Virus record (IMG/VR): IMGVR_UViG_3300025132_000021
Location: 64,001 to 128,000 of that record
Strand: one strand, 5' to 3'
DNA: 64,000 nucleotides
Source: a virus
The notes beneath the pieces were generated by a model that saw only the letters and a list, made by a program, of their open reading frames with translations, did no database searches and was not told where the DNA came from. The position numbers and the translations under genes were made by a program. This document shows, piece after piece, positions 55,321 through 63,935 of the stretch (within the stretch, counting starts at the first letter, position 1; each line of letters begins with the position of its first letter).

Positions 55321-56216
55321 CAATAACTCACCATTAGGGCATCTCCATCTACTTCTACATAGAAAATATCCCAACGGTCAATTGCTTTACCTAAACTTTT
55401 TGATTTGGCAGTTTCTACATGAACAGAAGTTGTATCTGAATAAGTAATAGTAATACCTGATTCTTTGAACCATTCTGTCAAAGCAGAAATTGTAGACATC
55501 ATACGGTCGCCCAAAAGTTTTACCTCTTCACAGACCATCCAACCCTTTGGAGGAGTTTCCATCATGGCTTCTTCACCAGTTTTGATATTGACGCAAAGTT
55601 TTTCACGACCTGTGAACATTCCGCCTCTAACTGTTTGTTTAGTTTTATCCGCCATAGCAGTATAACCACTATATTCTACTTCAGCGATTTCTCCAGAGAG
55701 CGAATTATCATTGATTGCTAAGTTTTGTTCCATAACTACATCAGGTGGTAAAAACATTTTGAGGTTTTCTTTTCTCATAAACAAACACCAATGTCCTTTC
55801 GCAGCGATTATCATTGGCGCAGCCATAGCCGCAGGAACAAGGTCTTTTGAAGAAATAATCACAAAGTTTTCAGGGTCAGGATTCTGCACCCAATCTACGA
55901 TATTAACTTCATAACCAATACCCAGATAAGGTGGTGCATAACCATTCATAATTTGTCCTAAAACATAATCCGTCATTTTTCCATTGTGTTCTGGATTTTC
56001 AAACAGAGTCATCTGTCCATTAAAATTGATAATCTCGGTAGCCTCTCCTAATTGACGCTCATATTCTTGTTCACTCATAGATTCAAGTTGGTCTTGTTTA
56101 TCCATTTGTTCGTCCCAACCCTTGTCGTAATCCTCTTTATCACTATCGGGTAGTCCTGATTCAGTAAATGCTTGTTCTTTTGCATCTTTGTAAGGTTTAA
56201 CCATTCCACGACTCAT
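55320..56216 (-). CDS. hypothetical protein
   Basis: TAATG coupling and GGAGG SD support the start at 56216. Confidence 0.7.
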   Translation of the reverse strand: MSRGMVKPYKDAKEQAFTESGLPDSDKEDYDKGWDEQMDKQDQLESMSEQEYERQLGEATEIINFNGQMTLFENPEHNGKMTDYVLGQIMNGYAPPYLGIGYEVNIVDWVQNPDPENFVIISSKDLVPAAMAAPMIIAAKGHWCLFMRKENLKMFLPPDVVMEQNLAINDNSLSGEIAEVEYSGYTAMADKTKQTVRGGMFTGREKLCVNIKTGEEAMMETPPKGWMVCEEVKLLGDRMMSTISALTEWFKESGITITYSDTTSVHVETAKSKSLGKAIDRWDIFYVEVDGDALMVSY

Positions 56217-58348
56217 TATACCATGCCTCCTCTGGCATTTAGCCAATCACGGGCTTCATCTTCTTCTTCAAAGATTATATCTTCTCCATAAGTAGTTGCT
56301 ACCCACGAGTTTGTATCCGTATTCCAAATGCCCCATTGATTTTCAGATTGTGTTTCTGCACGCTGTAATTGTTCTTGCATTTGAGTGTTTTCATCTAATG
56401 CTTTTTGCACATCAGGGTCAGAACCGTCCATTTCATTAAGTGCTTGTGCCGTATCTTCTAAGGCTTCTTTCATCGCCTCACGGTCTTCGGGATTATACGG
56501 ATTCATAGCATCCATCGCTTCTTTGGATTTATCATGCGCTTCTAACGCTTTTTCTTGAGCATTTTCTAATTCATCAGGACTACTGGCATCTTGCGAGTCG
56601 TTAATACTTTCTTTAGCCTTTTCTGATGCTTCTTTCGCTTTGTTTTGACATTCGGCTCTATCCTCTTGTCGGTCTTTAACTTCTTCGTGCGCTTCTTGTA
56701 GCATATCACGAAGTTTGTCTGCGGTTTCTTCATCTATTTCATCGGCTTGTTCAGCGTAATCAATTGCCCATTCTGCATCTTCAATGGCTTGCATAGCCGA
56801 ATCGTCTGCATCAGCCATGTTTTTCTGGTCTTGAGTATTACGCTCATCACCTTTTTCGTTAGCACGGTCGGCGGCTTCTTTAGAAGCCATAGCCTGTTCA
56901 ATAGCCTCCATCATAGCATCAGCACTATTGTCATCTCTTTTTTCGGCTTCATCTTTGGCTTCTGATGCGGCCTCTTGATGTGCCTTTGCTTCTTGAGCAG
57001 CCATACCCGATGGGCTGGTATCTTGCCCCGGTTTCATATCATCTACTGCATCTTTGAGAGCATCTGCCTTGGTTTTTTGAGCATCGGCTTGCTCTTGAGT
57101 CATATCACCTTGTTCTACGGCTTTATCTGCGGCTTCTTTGGCTGCGTCCAAAGCATCTTTAGCATCTTGCTTGGCTTGTTCGGCCATATCTACTTCATCA
57201 GGTTTATCAGGATTACAGTTTCCGCAACATTCTCTTGCCCCATCAACTGCTTCTTTAGCGGCTTGCGCTGCTTGTTCAAAGTCCGAAGGCATTTCTCCAC
57301 CGCCAGATGGGTCGCCATCTTCAGAGGGTTCTCCACCTTCTCCAGTTCCCGATGGTTCGCCTTCACCTTCTCCTGAACCTTCTCCTTCACCGCCTTCGCC
57401 TTCGCCTTCGCCGCCCTCTCCAGAACCTTCTCCCCCTTCGCCACCTTCACTTCCGCTTCCAGAACCTTCGCCACTACCTTCTCCGCCTTCTCCGCCTCCG
57501 CTTCCACTGCTTTCGCCTGAACCCGAACCGCTTCCTTCAGAACCATCACTTTCGCCGCCGCCTTTGCCTGCTGCTTTTTCTGCATCGGCTTTACCTTGCG
57601 CTGCTCTTTCTGCACCTTGTTGCATACCTTGTTGGCGTTGGGCTTCAGATTGAGCCTGTGATTTTTGAGCATCAGATTGACCTTTAGATTCTGCGGAACT
57701 TTCTCCACTTCCAGAGCCACTACCTTCTCCTCCACTCATACCATTGATTCCTTCTCCTTCGCCACCTTCTCCATCTAAAAATGGGTCTGGTCCGGGGAAT
57801 GGTGGTGGTTGTTCGGGAGATGGTCCCGGTGATGGTCCCGGTGATGGACCCGGTGCTGGCCCGGGTCTTGCTGGTCCTCTTTGTGGCCCGGGTGTCGGTG
57901 TTCCTCTTTGTCCTCCTCCTCCGCCCGGTGGTGCTTCATCATAAACGAAATCATCATCTGTGGCATCGGACATCCCGACCCATTGAGATTTTTCAGGCCA
58001 TGTGGTTCTCTCTACATAAGTAAATACTAAAGCATCTCCGAAACCAGACATTTCAATACACCAAAATTGAGTTAGTGCATCAGCGATTACATCTATGTCA
58101 GAGGGATTTACTACAAAACCTTCTACCCGATATACTGCATCATTGGCAGGATTGCGAATCAGTTTAACTTCTTCTAACGAAGTATTGGCACGCAACCATT
58201 CTGCGAAACTGACCAGTGTGCTACGAAAAATAGAACCTTTAACTATTACCCATTTTACAGGCAACCAACCCTCATTGGCTTGATAGAGGTTTTCATCACC
58301 TTCTATTATCTCACCAGAGCCTACATTAACCCATTGAACCGTTGCCAT
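56216..58348 (-). CDS. large low-complexity protein (PG-rich, GE/GS-rich, acidic helical)
   Basis: TTAAATA box at 58378; PGPS repeats, GEGEG tract, A/D/E/K helical region. Confidence 0.75.
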   Translation of the reverse strand: MATVQWVNVGSGEIIEGDENLYQANEGWLPVKWVIVKGSIFRSTLVSFAEWLRANTSLEEVKLIRNPANDAVYRVEGFVVNPSDIDVIADALTQFWCIEMSGFGDALVFTYVERTTWPEKSQWVGMSDATDDDFVYDEAPPGGGGGQRGTPTPGPQRGPARPGPAPGPSPGPSPGPSPEQPPPFPGPDPFLDGEGGEGEGINGMSGGEGSGSGSGESSAESKGQSDAQKSQAQSEAQRQQGMQQGAERAAQGKADAEKAAGKGGGESDGSEGSGSGSGESSGSGGGEGGEGSGEGSGSGSEGGEGGEGSGEGGEGEGEGGEGEGSGEGEGEPSGTGEGGEPSEDGDPSGGGEMPSDFEQAAQAAKEAVDGARECCGNCNPDKPDEVDMAEQAKQDAKDALDAAKEAADKAVEQGDMTQEQADAQKTKADALKDAVDDMKPGQDTSPSGMAAQEAKAHQEAASEAKDEAEKRDDNSADAMMEAIEQAMASKEAADRANEKGDERNTQDQKNMADADDSAMQAIEDAEWAIDYAEQADEIDEETADKLRDMLQEAHEEVKDRQEDRAECQNKAKEASEKAKESINDSQDASSPDELENAQEKALEAHDKSKEAMDAMNPYNPEDREAMKEALEDTAQALNEMDGSDPDVQKALDENTQMQEQLQRAETQSENQWGIWNTDTNSWVATTYGEDIIFEEEDEARDWLNARGGMV

Positions 58349-58371
58349 CACTATACCGTATGCGTAGCAAC

Positions 58372-58403
58372 TATTTAATGTTTGTTATGGTTAATCTTAA
58401 ATA
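58372..58403. promoter_or_regulatory. divergent TTAAATAGTTG promoter pair
   Basis: Class I variant on both strands, 30 and 28 nt from the respective ATGs. Confidence 0.65.
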
Positions 58404-58424
58404 GTTGAGTCCTAAACAATAAAC

Positions 58425-59180
58425 ATGGTTGCCAATGTTGCCATTCAAATCTCTGCGTGGTGGGGTGAGATTGATGATGACTCCACAGCCTTTACTTCAT
58501 TTTCTGGTCAAAGAATTATGTTGGCTCAAAACTTTGATATTAAGAAATTGATGACTATGACTAATCAACAAGCCTTAAAACATTTTGTAGTTAATGTAGA
58601 TATGAGAGGGCCTCAACAGATTTATGCTGATAAAGAGGGTTATGCAAAAGCCATAGACGGAGTTCGTAATAAACCCATCAAAAGTCTTAGTTATAGTCCC
58701 AGTTCAATCACTGATGGAAATAATGATTGGCTCTGGATTGATTTATACCCAGTAGAGTTCTTGGCTCACGAGGACACCGAATCAGAGTTTGCGATGTTTA
58801 ACGAATCACTTGGGGATGATGAGAGCCTAAATTACTTTAACTTTTGCTATAATCTAAAAGAATGGCTCACTGCATGGAATAGACAACTCCAGTTCACAGA
58901 GGGTTCAAAAAAAATAATCTCCAAACTATCAGCAGGCCGTATGCCTCTTTTTGAAAGTTTTAAGACAATACCTGATTATGTAGGACCTCCGGGAATAAAT
59001 GTAGATGAAACTTACACAAATCTCATAGATAATCCTGAATATCAAAGATTAAAAGATTTTGGCATTTATTTGATGTCTTCCGAAGCAGCCACAGATTTTA
59101 GAAGGCTTCTGGGTAATTTAACTAATTCTATTCTAAATTGGACACAAACTTCGGTTGATGACCTGCTAAACTTTAAGTAG
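58425..59180 (+). CDS. hypothetical protein
   Basis: 251-aa ORF; TAG stop inside the next promoter. Confidence 0.7.
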   Translation: MVANVAIQISAWWGEIDDDSTAFTSFSGQRIMLAQNFDIKKLMTMTNQQALKHFVVNVDMRGPQQIYADKEGYAKAIDGVRNKPIKSLSYSPSSITDGNNDWLWIDLYPVEFLAHEDTESEFAMFNESLGDDESLNYFNFCYNLKEWLTAWNRQLQFTEGSKKIISKLSAGRMPLFESFKTIPDYVGPPGINVDETYTNLIDNPEYQRLKDFGIYLMSSEAATDFRRLLGNLTNSILNWTQTSVDDLLNFK

Positions 59181-59201
59181 TCGTGCGACAGCATGGTAAC
59201 T

Positions 59202-59999
59202 ATGGAACCTTGGCGTAAGCACTTTGAAATGTTTTCAGCAGATGCTCTGGAGGACATGAAAACTTATTCTGACAATACTCACGAAGAAAGGGAATGGATG
59301 TGTTATGTCTACGAAAAGGATGGTCGTTATGAACTTGGCTCGCCGTCGCTTGGCACAGAATCTCGTATTGAGGTTAATCCAGTCGCTAAGGCAGCGCAAG
59401 ATGCTGGCAAAGGTTTGACTAATCGTATGTGGACTATCCACGGACACCCTCTAAAAGATGGTAAGATTTACACAGGTCGCCAATACTTTTCCTCTACGGA
59501 TATTATCAATGAGTTCCTAAAAACTCGTGATACCAACGAACCCGTAGTTCAATGGATTACTTATCCTCATCAACAATTAGATACTAATACTGGTAAGAAA
59601 GTTATTCACAACCGATGCCGAACTTTAGTGTTTCCATCTCGTGATGTAGTTATCAAGGCCATGCAAGTTAGCAATCCAGATGTAGATGTTATGGCAATTA
59701 CCAGAGAATCTGGACAAAACCGCAACGCTGCCGATGGTAGTTTAGTAAATGATTCAGGTATTGATTGGTTCGCTTTCCAAGAAGCACTGGGAGATATGGG
59801 CTACATGGGCATTATGGATTTAGAAGGACCAGCCGCAGGAGCCAAGCCTTTCCGTAGTGAATCTATGTTTGTGAAAAAGTTTGGAATGCTTTCTGTGATT
59901 GCACTCGGAATTGCAGGATTCGCATACTTGAGCAAAACTCAAGGATTTGGTGCAGAAGTTGAAGTCGTTGATGGCTTAGGCGAATGGCACGAAATCTGA
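59202..59999 (+). CDS. JAB/MPN-like Zn metalloprotease with C-terminal TM
   Basis: EREW..TIHGHP..FSSTD (E, HxH, SxxD); P-I at 59173 puts the start at ATG 59202. Confidence 0.65.
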   Translation: MEPWRKHFEMFSADALEDMKTYSDNTHEEREWMCYVYEKDGRYELGSPSLGTESRIEVNPVAKAAQDAGKGLTNRMWTIHGHPLKDGKIYTGRQYFSSTDIINEFLKTRDTNEPVVQWITYPHQQLDTNTGKKVIHNRCRTLVFPSRDVVIKAMQVSNPDVDVMAITRESGQNRNAADGSLVNDSGIDWFAFQEALGDMGYMGIMDLEGPAAGAKPFRSESMFVKKFGMLSVIALGIAGFAYLSKTQGFGAEVEVVDGLGEWHEI

Positions 60000-60008
60000 T
60001 GTGAGTTT

Positions 60009-61631
60009 ATGTTTGGTAAGATTGTGGGTGCAGGACAAGCAGGATTCGTTTTTGAGAATCCCAAAAATCCCGATAGTTATTACAAAATTGTGGCTTTACC
60101 AGAACAACCTTTAGAAAAAATGCCTTTGCGTTCCACGAAAGCCCGATTAGGTGCTATCAATCAAAATCAAGCAGAACTTTTCTTTAGACTCTACCAAGAA
60201 GACTTGGACATCCCACAACTTCCAAAAGTTTTTGCTTTCTACACTGGGACAGTAACGCCGAAACTGCGCCGAAACTTATTGAACGCTGCTTCTGAAGATG
60301 AGGAACTTGAAAGTTTAGTTCGTGGTCTCAAAACTAATCAAAAAATTGCTGTGTGGGAAATGGAACGCATACCTTGTTTGAGCGAAAATGATTTCTGCGA
60401 GCGTTATCCTACTCGTCAGCCTCATAATAATCCAGATTATCAAAACTTATTGGATACTATGTTAGACCTTGGTTTTGTAGTTCGTGATGTTGCCAATCCT
60501 GAAAACTTTGGTTATCGTGAAAATGGAACACAAGTTTTCTACGACCCTATTGTGGCTCCTTGGCCTGTGCAAGAGGTAACAAAAGTTTCAGACCCGAACC
60601 GTTATGCTCGTTTCGTAGCCAGTTTTGGTCCCGACCAGATTAGCACCACTCGTCGTGCGATTCAATCTGGAGATTATTTCGGTTGGTATCATAGTGGAGG
60701 AGTTATGGAGGCAGAAATGTCCCATGAACAGGATGCTGACATAGTTAATGAATACCGATATGCAACATTTATTCTAATTGCTCGCACGCCAAGTGGTAAT
60801 GATTACCAAGTTTCACCTTTAAGCGAACATAATTCGGCTTGGAGAACCGCTTTTGGCAAGAAACCACACGGCGTAGAAGAATTAGTTGAAGAAATTGCTT
60901 TCATATTTGATAATCTGGGGACAGCACCTAATCCCTATGCCATTGATATTTTCCTTTTAGTTCCTGATGGAAGGCTGAAGTTAGCAGGTGTAATCAAATA
61001 TGGTAAAGTAGAAGCCAGTTATCCTTACGAGAACCTTGCTAAACTTTTGAATCGTCGTCTGGACTTTGAGCGTTCTGCTGAAACTTTGCAGGACAACTAT
61101 TTCCCAGAAGGAACTATTTACAATCCTAATCAATCAGGAGCCATAAACTGGATTAAACCTGCACCTTATTTAGACATCTGGGCTTCTTTTTATGGTGATA
61201 TTGTAGAGTGGCTACAAGAAAATGTTTATGAAATGGATGATGATGGCGATTCAGCCATAGAAATGTGGGAACGATTCTCACCTGACTTAAAACCACTTAT
61301 GGAGTATGTTCAACAAAACGATTTAGACCCCGATGATATTTTACCAGAAATCATGGAGGAATCTCCATTGAACAGACCTTATTCAACAGTTTCTAAACCC
61401 CAACTAATCAAATCCAGAAATGCAGGATTTTTGAACTTCATGCGTAGAGCCACTTTATCCGTTCCATGTGCTGAATGTTATGGTAAAGGATACATCAATC
61501 GCACAGCAGGAGAATACGATGAACACGAGTGGACAGAAGAGTGCGAAACTTGTAATGAAGAAGGAGAAGTAGATATTGATAACACTGATAATCGCTATTA
61601 TAGACAGCATAAGGAGGACTACCCACTATGA
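60009..61631 (+). CDS. multi-domain protein: N-terminal protein-kinase-like domain, C-terminal DnaJ-type Zn finger
   Basis: GAGQAGFVF..YYKI, WEMERI, RDVANPENFG..FYDP; MEAE and RSAE boundaries; CAECYGKG..CETC. Confidence 0.65.
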   Translation: MFGKIVGAGQAGFVFENPKNPDSYYKIVALPEQPLEKMPLRSTKARLGAINQNQAELFFRLYQEDLDIPQLPKVFAFYTGTVTPKLRRNLLNAASEDEELESLVRGLKTNQKIAVWEMERIPCLSENDFCERYPTRQPHNNPDYQNLLDTMLDLGFVVRDVANPENFGYRENGTQVFYDPIVAPWPVQEVTKVSDPNRYARFVASFGPDQISTTRRAIQSGDYFGWYHSGGVMEAEMSHEQDADIVNEYRYATFILIARTPSGNDYQVSPLSEHNSAWRTAFGKKPHGVEELVEEIAFIFDNLGTAPNPYAIDIFLLVPDGRLKLAGVIKYGKVEASYPYENLAKLLNRRLDFERSAETLQDNYFPEGTIYNPNQSGAINWIKPAPYLDIWASFYGDIVEWLQENVYEMDDDGDSAIEMWERFSPDLKPLMEYVQQNDLDPDDILPEIMEESPLNRPYSTVSKPQLIKSRNAGFLNFMRRATLSVPCAECYGKGYINRTAGEYDEHEWTEECETCNEEGEVDIDNTDNRYYRQHKEDYPL

Positions 61632-62800
61632 AAACAATACCAAACTTTCCGTTTCCTGAACCCGACTTAGCACCCACTGGCAAAGCCCTTGATGTAGAGG
61701 CTCGTAAGCCTCGTCAAATGTTTAACCCTGCTAATGGTTCAGAATGGTGGTGTCTCAACAAATATGACGGTGTTCGTTCTTTATCAGGATATTGGGCTGT
61801 CAATGATTACTTAGCCCAGACCAGTCGCAAAGACAACATCCAAGATGGATATAACACTGAATACCCCCGTGAATGTCTACAAGAGGTTTATCGTTATCTT
61901 CGTGATGCAGGAGTCTGGAAACAAGTAGGCGAGGGCGTAGGGCCTGTTATTGATGGTGAGATGTATGATGACCGAGTAACTGCCGACCCTGACTATTTTG
62001 ATACCTTAAGTGGTATGGTTCGTAAATCTTCAGGAACATCACCGGGCTTTGAAGGTATTTACTATTTGATATTTGATTGCTATTGGCCTGATGACCCAGA
62101 CTTAGTATATCAAGACCGCATGACTCGTTTAATTGCTGATATGCAATATGCTTTGGGATTGTTAGAACCCACTTGGCCGAATCAAAGAAAAAATAAATTG
62201 CGTTTCTGTTCTATTCCCACTTCTGGTGAATCTTATTTTCTATACAATGACCCTGCACTTGCACCTGCATACAGCACCACTCCCGATACCTTAGACCTTA
62301 GCACTCCGTCAGAATCTTTTGTTCCCAAAGACCACGCCGCTATTAACATTTTGAATCCTGATTATTGGAAGATTTTAGGTATAGGAACTTCTTCTTATAC
62401 GGATACTGCCGAGTTATTGGTTTATTATTTAGAATCTGCTGAAAGTTTAGGTTTAGAAGGAATTATGGTTCGTAGTAATCACAGAGGATATATCGGTGGA
62501 CGAGCAGGAACAAATCTTTACAAGTTAAAATCTTTTGAAGATGACGAGTTTGAAATTATTGGCTACAATGGAGTAATGTCTGAAGCAGGAATACTTTTGA
62601 ATCGTCCAGTATGGAAATGTATTACTAAATCTGGAGAAGAGTTCTTAGCCAGCGCACCGGGAACTCATGCTTCACAAGAGCAACAATGGGAAGACCGAGA
62701 CAAGATTGTTGGCAAGATGCTGACTGTCAAATATCAAAACCTTTCGGCCAGAGGTGTCCCAAGATTCCCCAAAGGTGTAGCCATTCGTGATTACGAGTAA
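61628..62800 (+). CDS. lig: ATP-dependent DNA ligase (minimal viral type)
   Basis: KYDGVR (I), IDGEMY (III), LIFDC (IIIa), EGIMVR (IV), LYKLK (V), PRFP (VI). Confidence 0.92.
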   Translation: MKTIPNFPFPEPDLAPTGKALDVEARKPRQMFNPANGSEWWCLNKYDGVRSLSGYWAVNDYLAQTSRKDNIQDGYNTEYPRECLQEVYRYLRDAGVWKQVGEGVGPVIDGEMYDDRVTADPDYFDTLSGMVRKSSGTSPGFEGIYYLIFDCYWPDDPDLVYQDRMTRLIADMQYALGLLEPTWPNQRKNKLRFCSIPTSGESYFLYNDPALAPAYSTTPDTLDLSTPSESFVPKDHAAINILNPDYWKILGIGTSSYTDTAELLVYYLESAESLGLEGIMVRSNHRGYIGGRAGTNLYKLKSFEDDEFEIIGYNGVMSEAGILLNRPVWKCITKSGEEFLASAPGTHASQEQQWEDRDKIVGKMLTVKYQNLSARGVPRFPKGVAIRDYE

Positions 62801-62838
62801 AATCCCAATTGGATATTTGAAAATATCGGGGTTTTTTG
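62801..62838 (+). terminator. possible terminator between convergent genes
   Basis: GATATT-TGAA-AATATC hairpin followed by a T6 tract. Confidence 0.35.
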
Positions 62839-62864
62839 AGCCTTGTCAAAATTGAAACTTATGC

Positions 62865-63410
62865 TTATTCCGATTCCCAAGCCATCTTAATAGCATCAAA
62901 CACCGCATCCGAATCAGAGGCCATAATGTTTAACCAAATATAGTCCTCTGGAATCTGCGAAACTTCAGTTTCACTTGGGTCTCCTCGGTTATCCCAATGA
63001 ACTTCCCAATCTGGATAAGTTCTTTCCAAACGCTCACGCTGTAAATCTTCTTCAATATGAAGTCTCACGATTCGCCAGCCCTGTGCTGATAACTTTTCTG
63101 CTTCATTGATAAATCTCACATCATCTACAATTGCTACATCATATTTATCTGCTGCAAAATCTTCGTCAATGGTGCGATTCATATAATCAATCCAAACATC
63201 AGGTCGGATTTCTCGCATCTTCATTCCAATTTGCTGTAAAAGTTTTCTATCCTTTTCTACCATTCCAAAAAGATTACTACCAATTTCTTTAACTTTGGTT
63301 GCTAATGAATGACGCTCTACTCGGTAGTCCAGTGAAATTAACTCCTCTTGCATTTTGTTTGCTAATGTGGATTTACCACTTGCCATCTGCCCTGCAATCG
63401 CAATCTTCAT
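62865..63410 (-). CDS. deoxynucleoside monophosphate kinase-like P-loop kinase
   Basis: IAIAGQMASGKST, RKLLQQIG..MR, DDVRFINE, SET. Confidence 0.8.
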   Translation of the reverse strand: MKIAIAGQMASGKSTLANKMQEELISLDYRVERHSLATKVKEIGSNLFGMVEKDRKLLQQIGMKMREIRPDVWIDYMNRTIDEDFAADKYDVAIVDDVRFINEAEKLSAQGWRIVRLHIEEDLQRERLERTYPDWEVHWDNRGDPSETEVSQIPEDYIWLNIMASDSDAVFDAIKMAWESE

Positions 63411-63935
63411 TTACTCACCCCACATCTTAATTTCTGTATCGCCTTCATATCCACGCTTCATGTGAATTGCTGCCGCAGGGAATCCAAATGGGAATCCACA
63501 ACGACTGGCTCCAATAATGTGCATTGAGACAAAACCACCATAGTCTAAAACTTTGTTGATACGACGCAAACTTGAAACCACTTTTGCCAGAGGCACTAAG
63601 AAACAAACATTATCTGCAATTTTAAGTGAATGAGTCAAAAACTCTTCAAAGATACTATATGGCGGGTTGCTAATAATCCAATCTACTGAATCAGTGTAAG
63701 CGAAAAAGTCTCGCCCTTCGCTAATCTCGCACCAATCTTTTTCACAATCAGCAGGATAGTTATTGTAAAACACTCCTTCTCCCGAACAAGGGTCTAAAAC
63801 CTTTGCACCTTTAGGAATATCATAAAGAGCAATCATTTCTTTAGCAATCGGTTCTGGTGTCAAAATAACATCATTCGGCTTCAAGGCAGGATTGGTCTTG
63901 AAAGTTCCGCTTCCAAAAGATTCATGCACACTCAT
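63411..63935 (-). CDS. DNA N6-adenine methyltransferase-like protein
   Basis: LTPE, VLDPCSGEGVF motif I, DFF, ISNPPY motif IV. Confidence 0.8.
   Translation of the reverse strand: MSVHESFGSGTFKTNPALKPNDVILTPEPIAKEMIALYDIPKGAKVLDPCSGEGVFYNNYPADCEKDWCEISEGRDFFAYTDSVDWIISNPPYSIFEEFLTHSLKIADNVCFLVPLAKVVSSLRRINKVLDYGGFVSMHIIGASRCGFPFGFPAAAIHMKRGYEGDTEIKMWGE

Noticed and set aside
57138-57735. Pro/Ser-rich and Lys/Val-rich alternative-frame ORFs
   Set aside because: By-products of the low-complexity GE/GS tract in the 56216-58348 gene.
701-59180. Dispersed TTTAAGTAGTCG repeats as a CRISPR array or mobile-element ends
   Set aside because: The copies are short, gene-spaced and at a fixed distance from start codons; there is no repeat-spacer periodicity and no cas or transposase gene.
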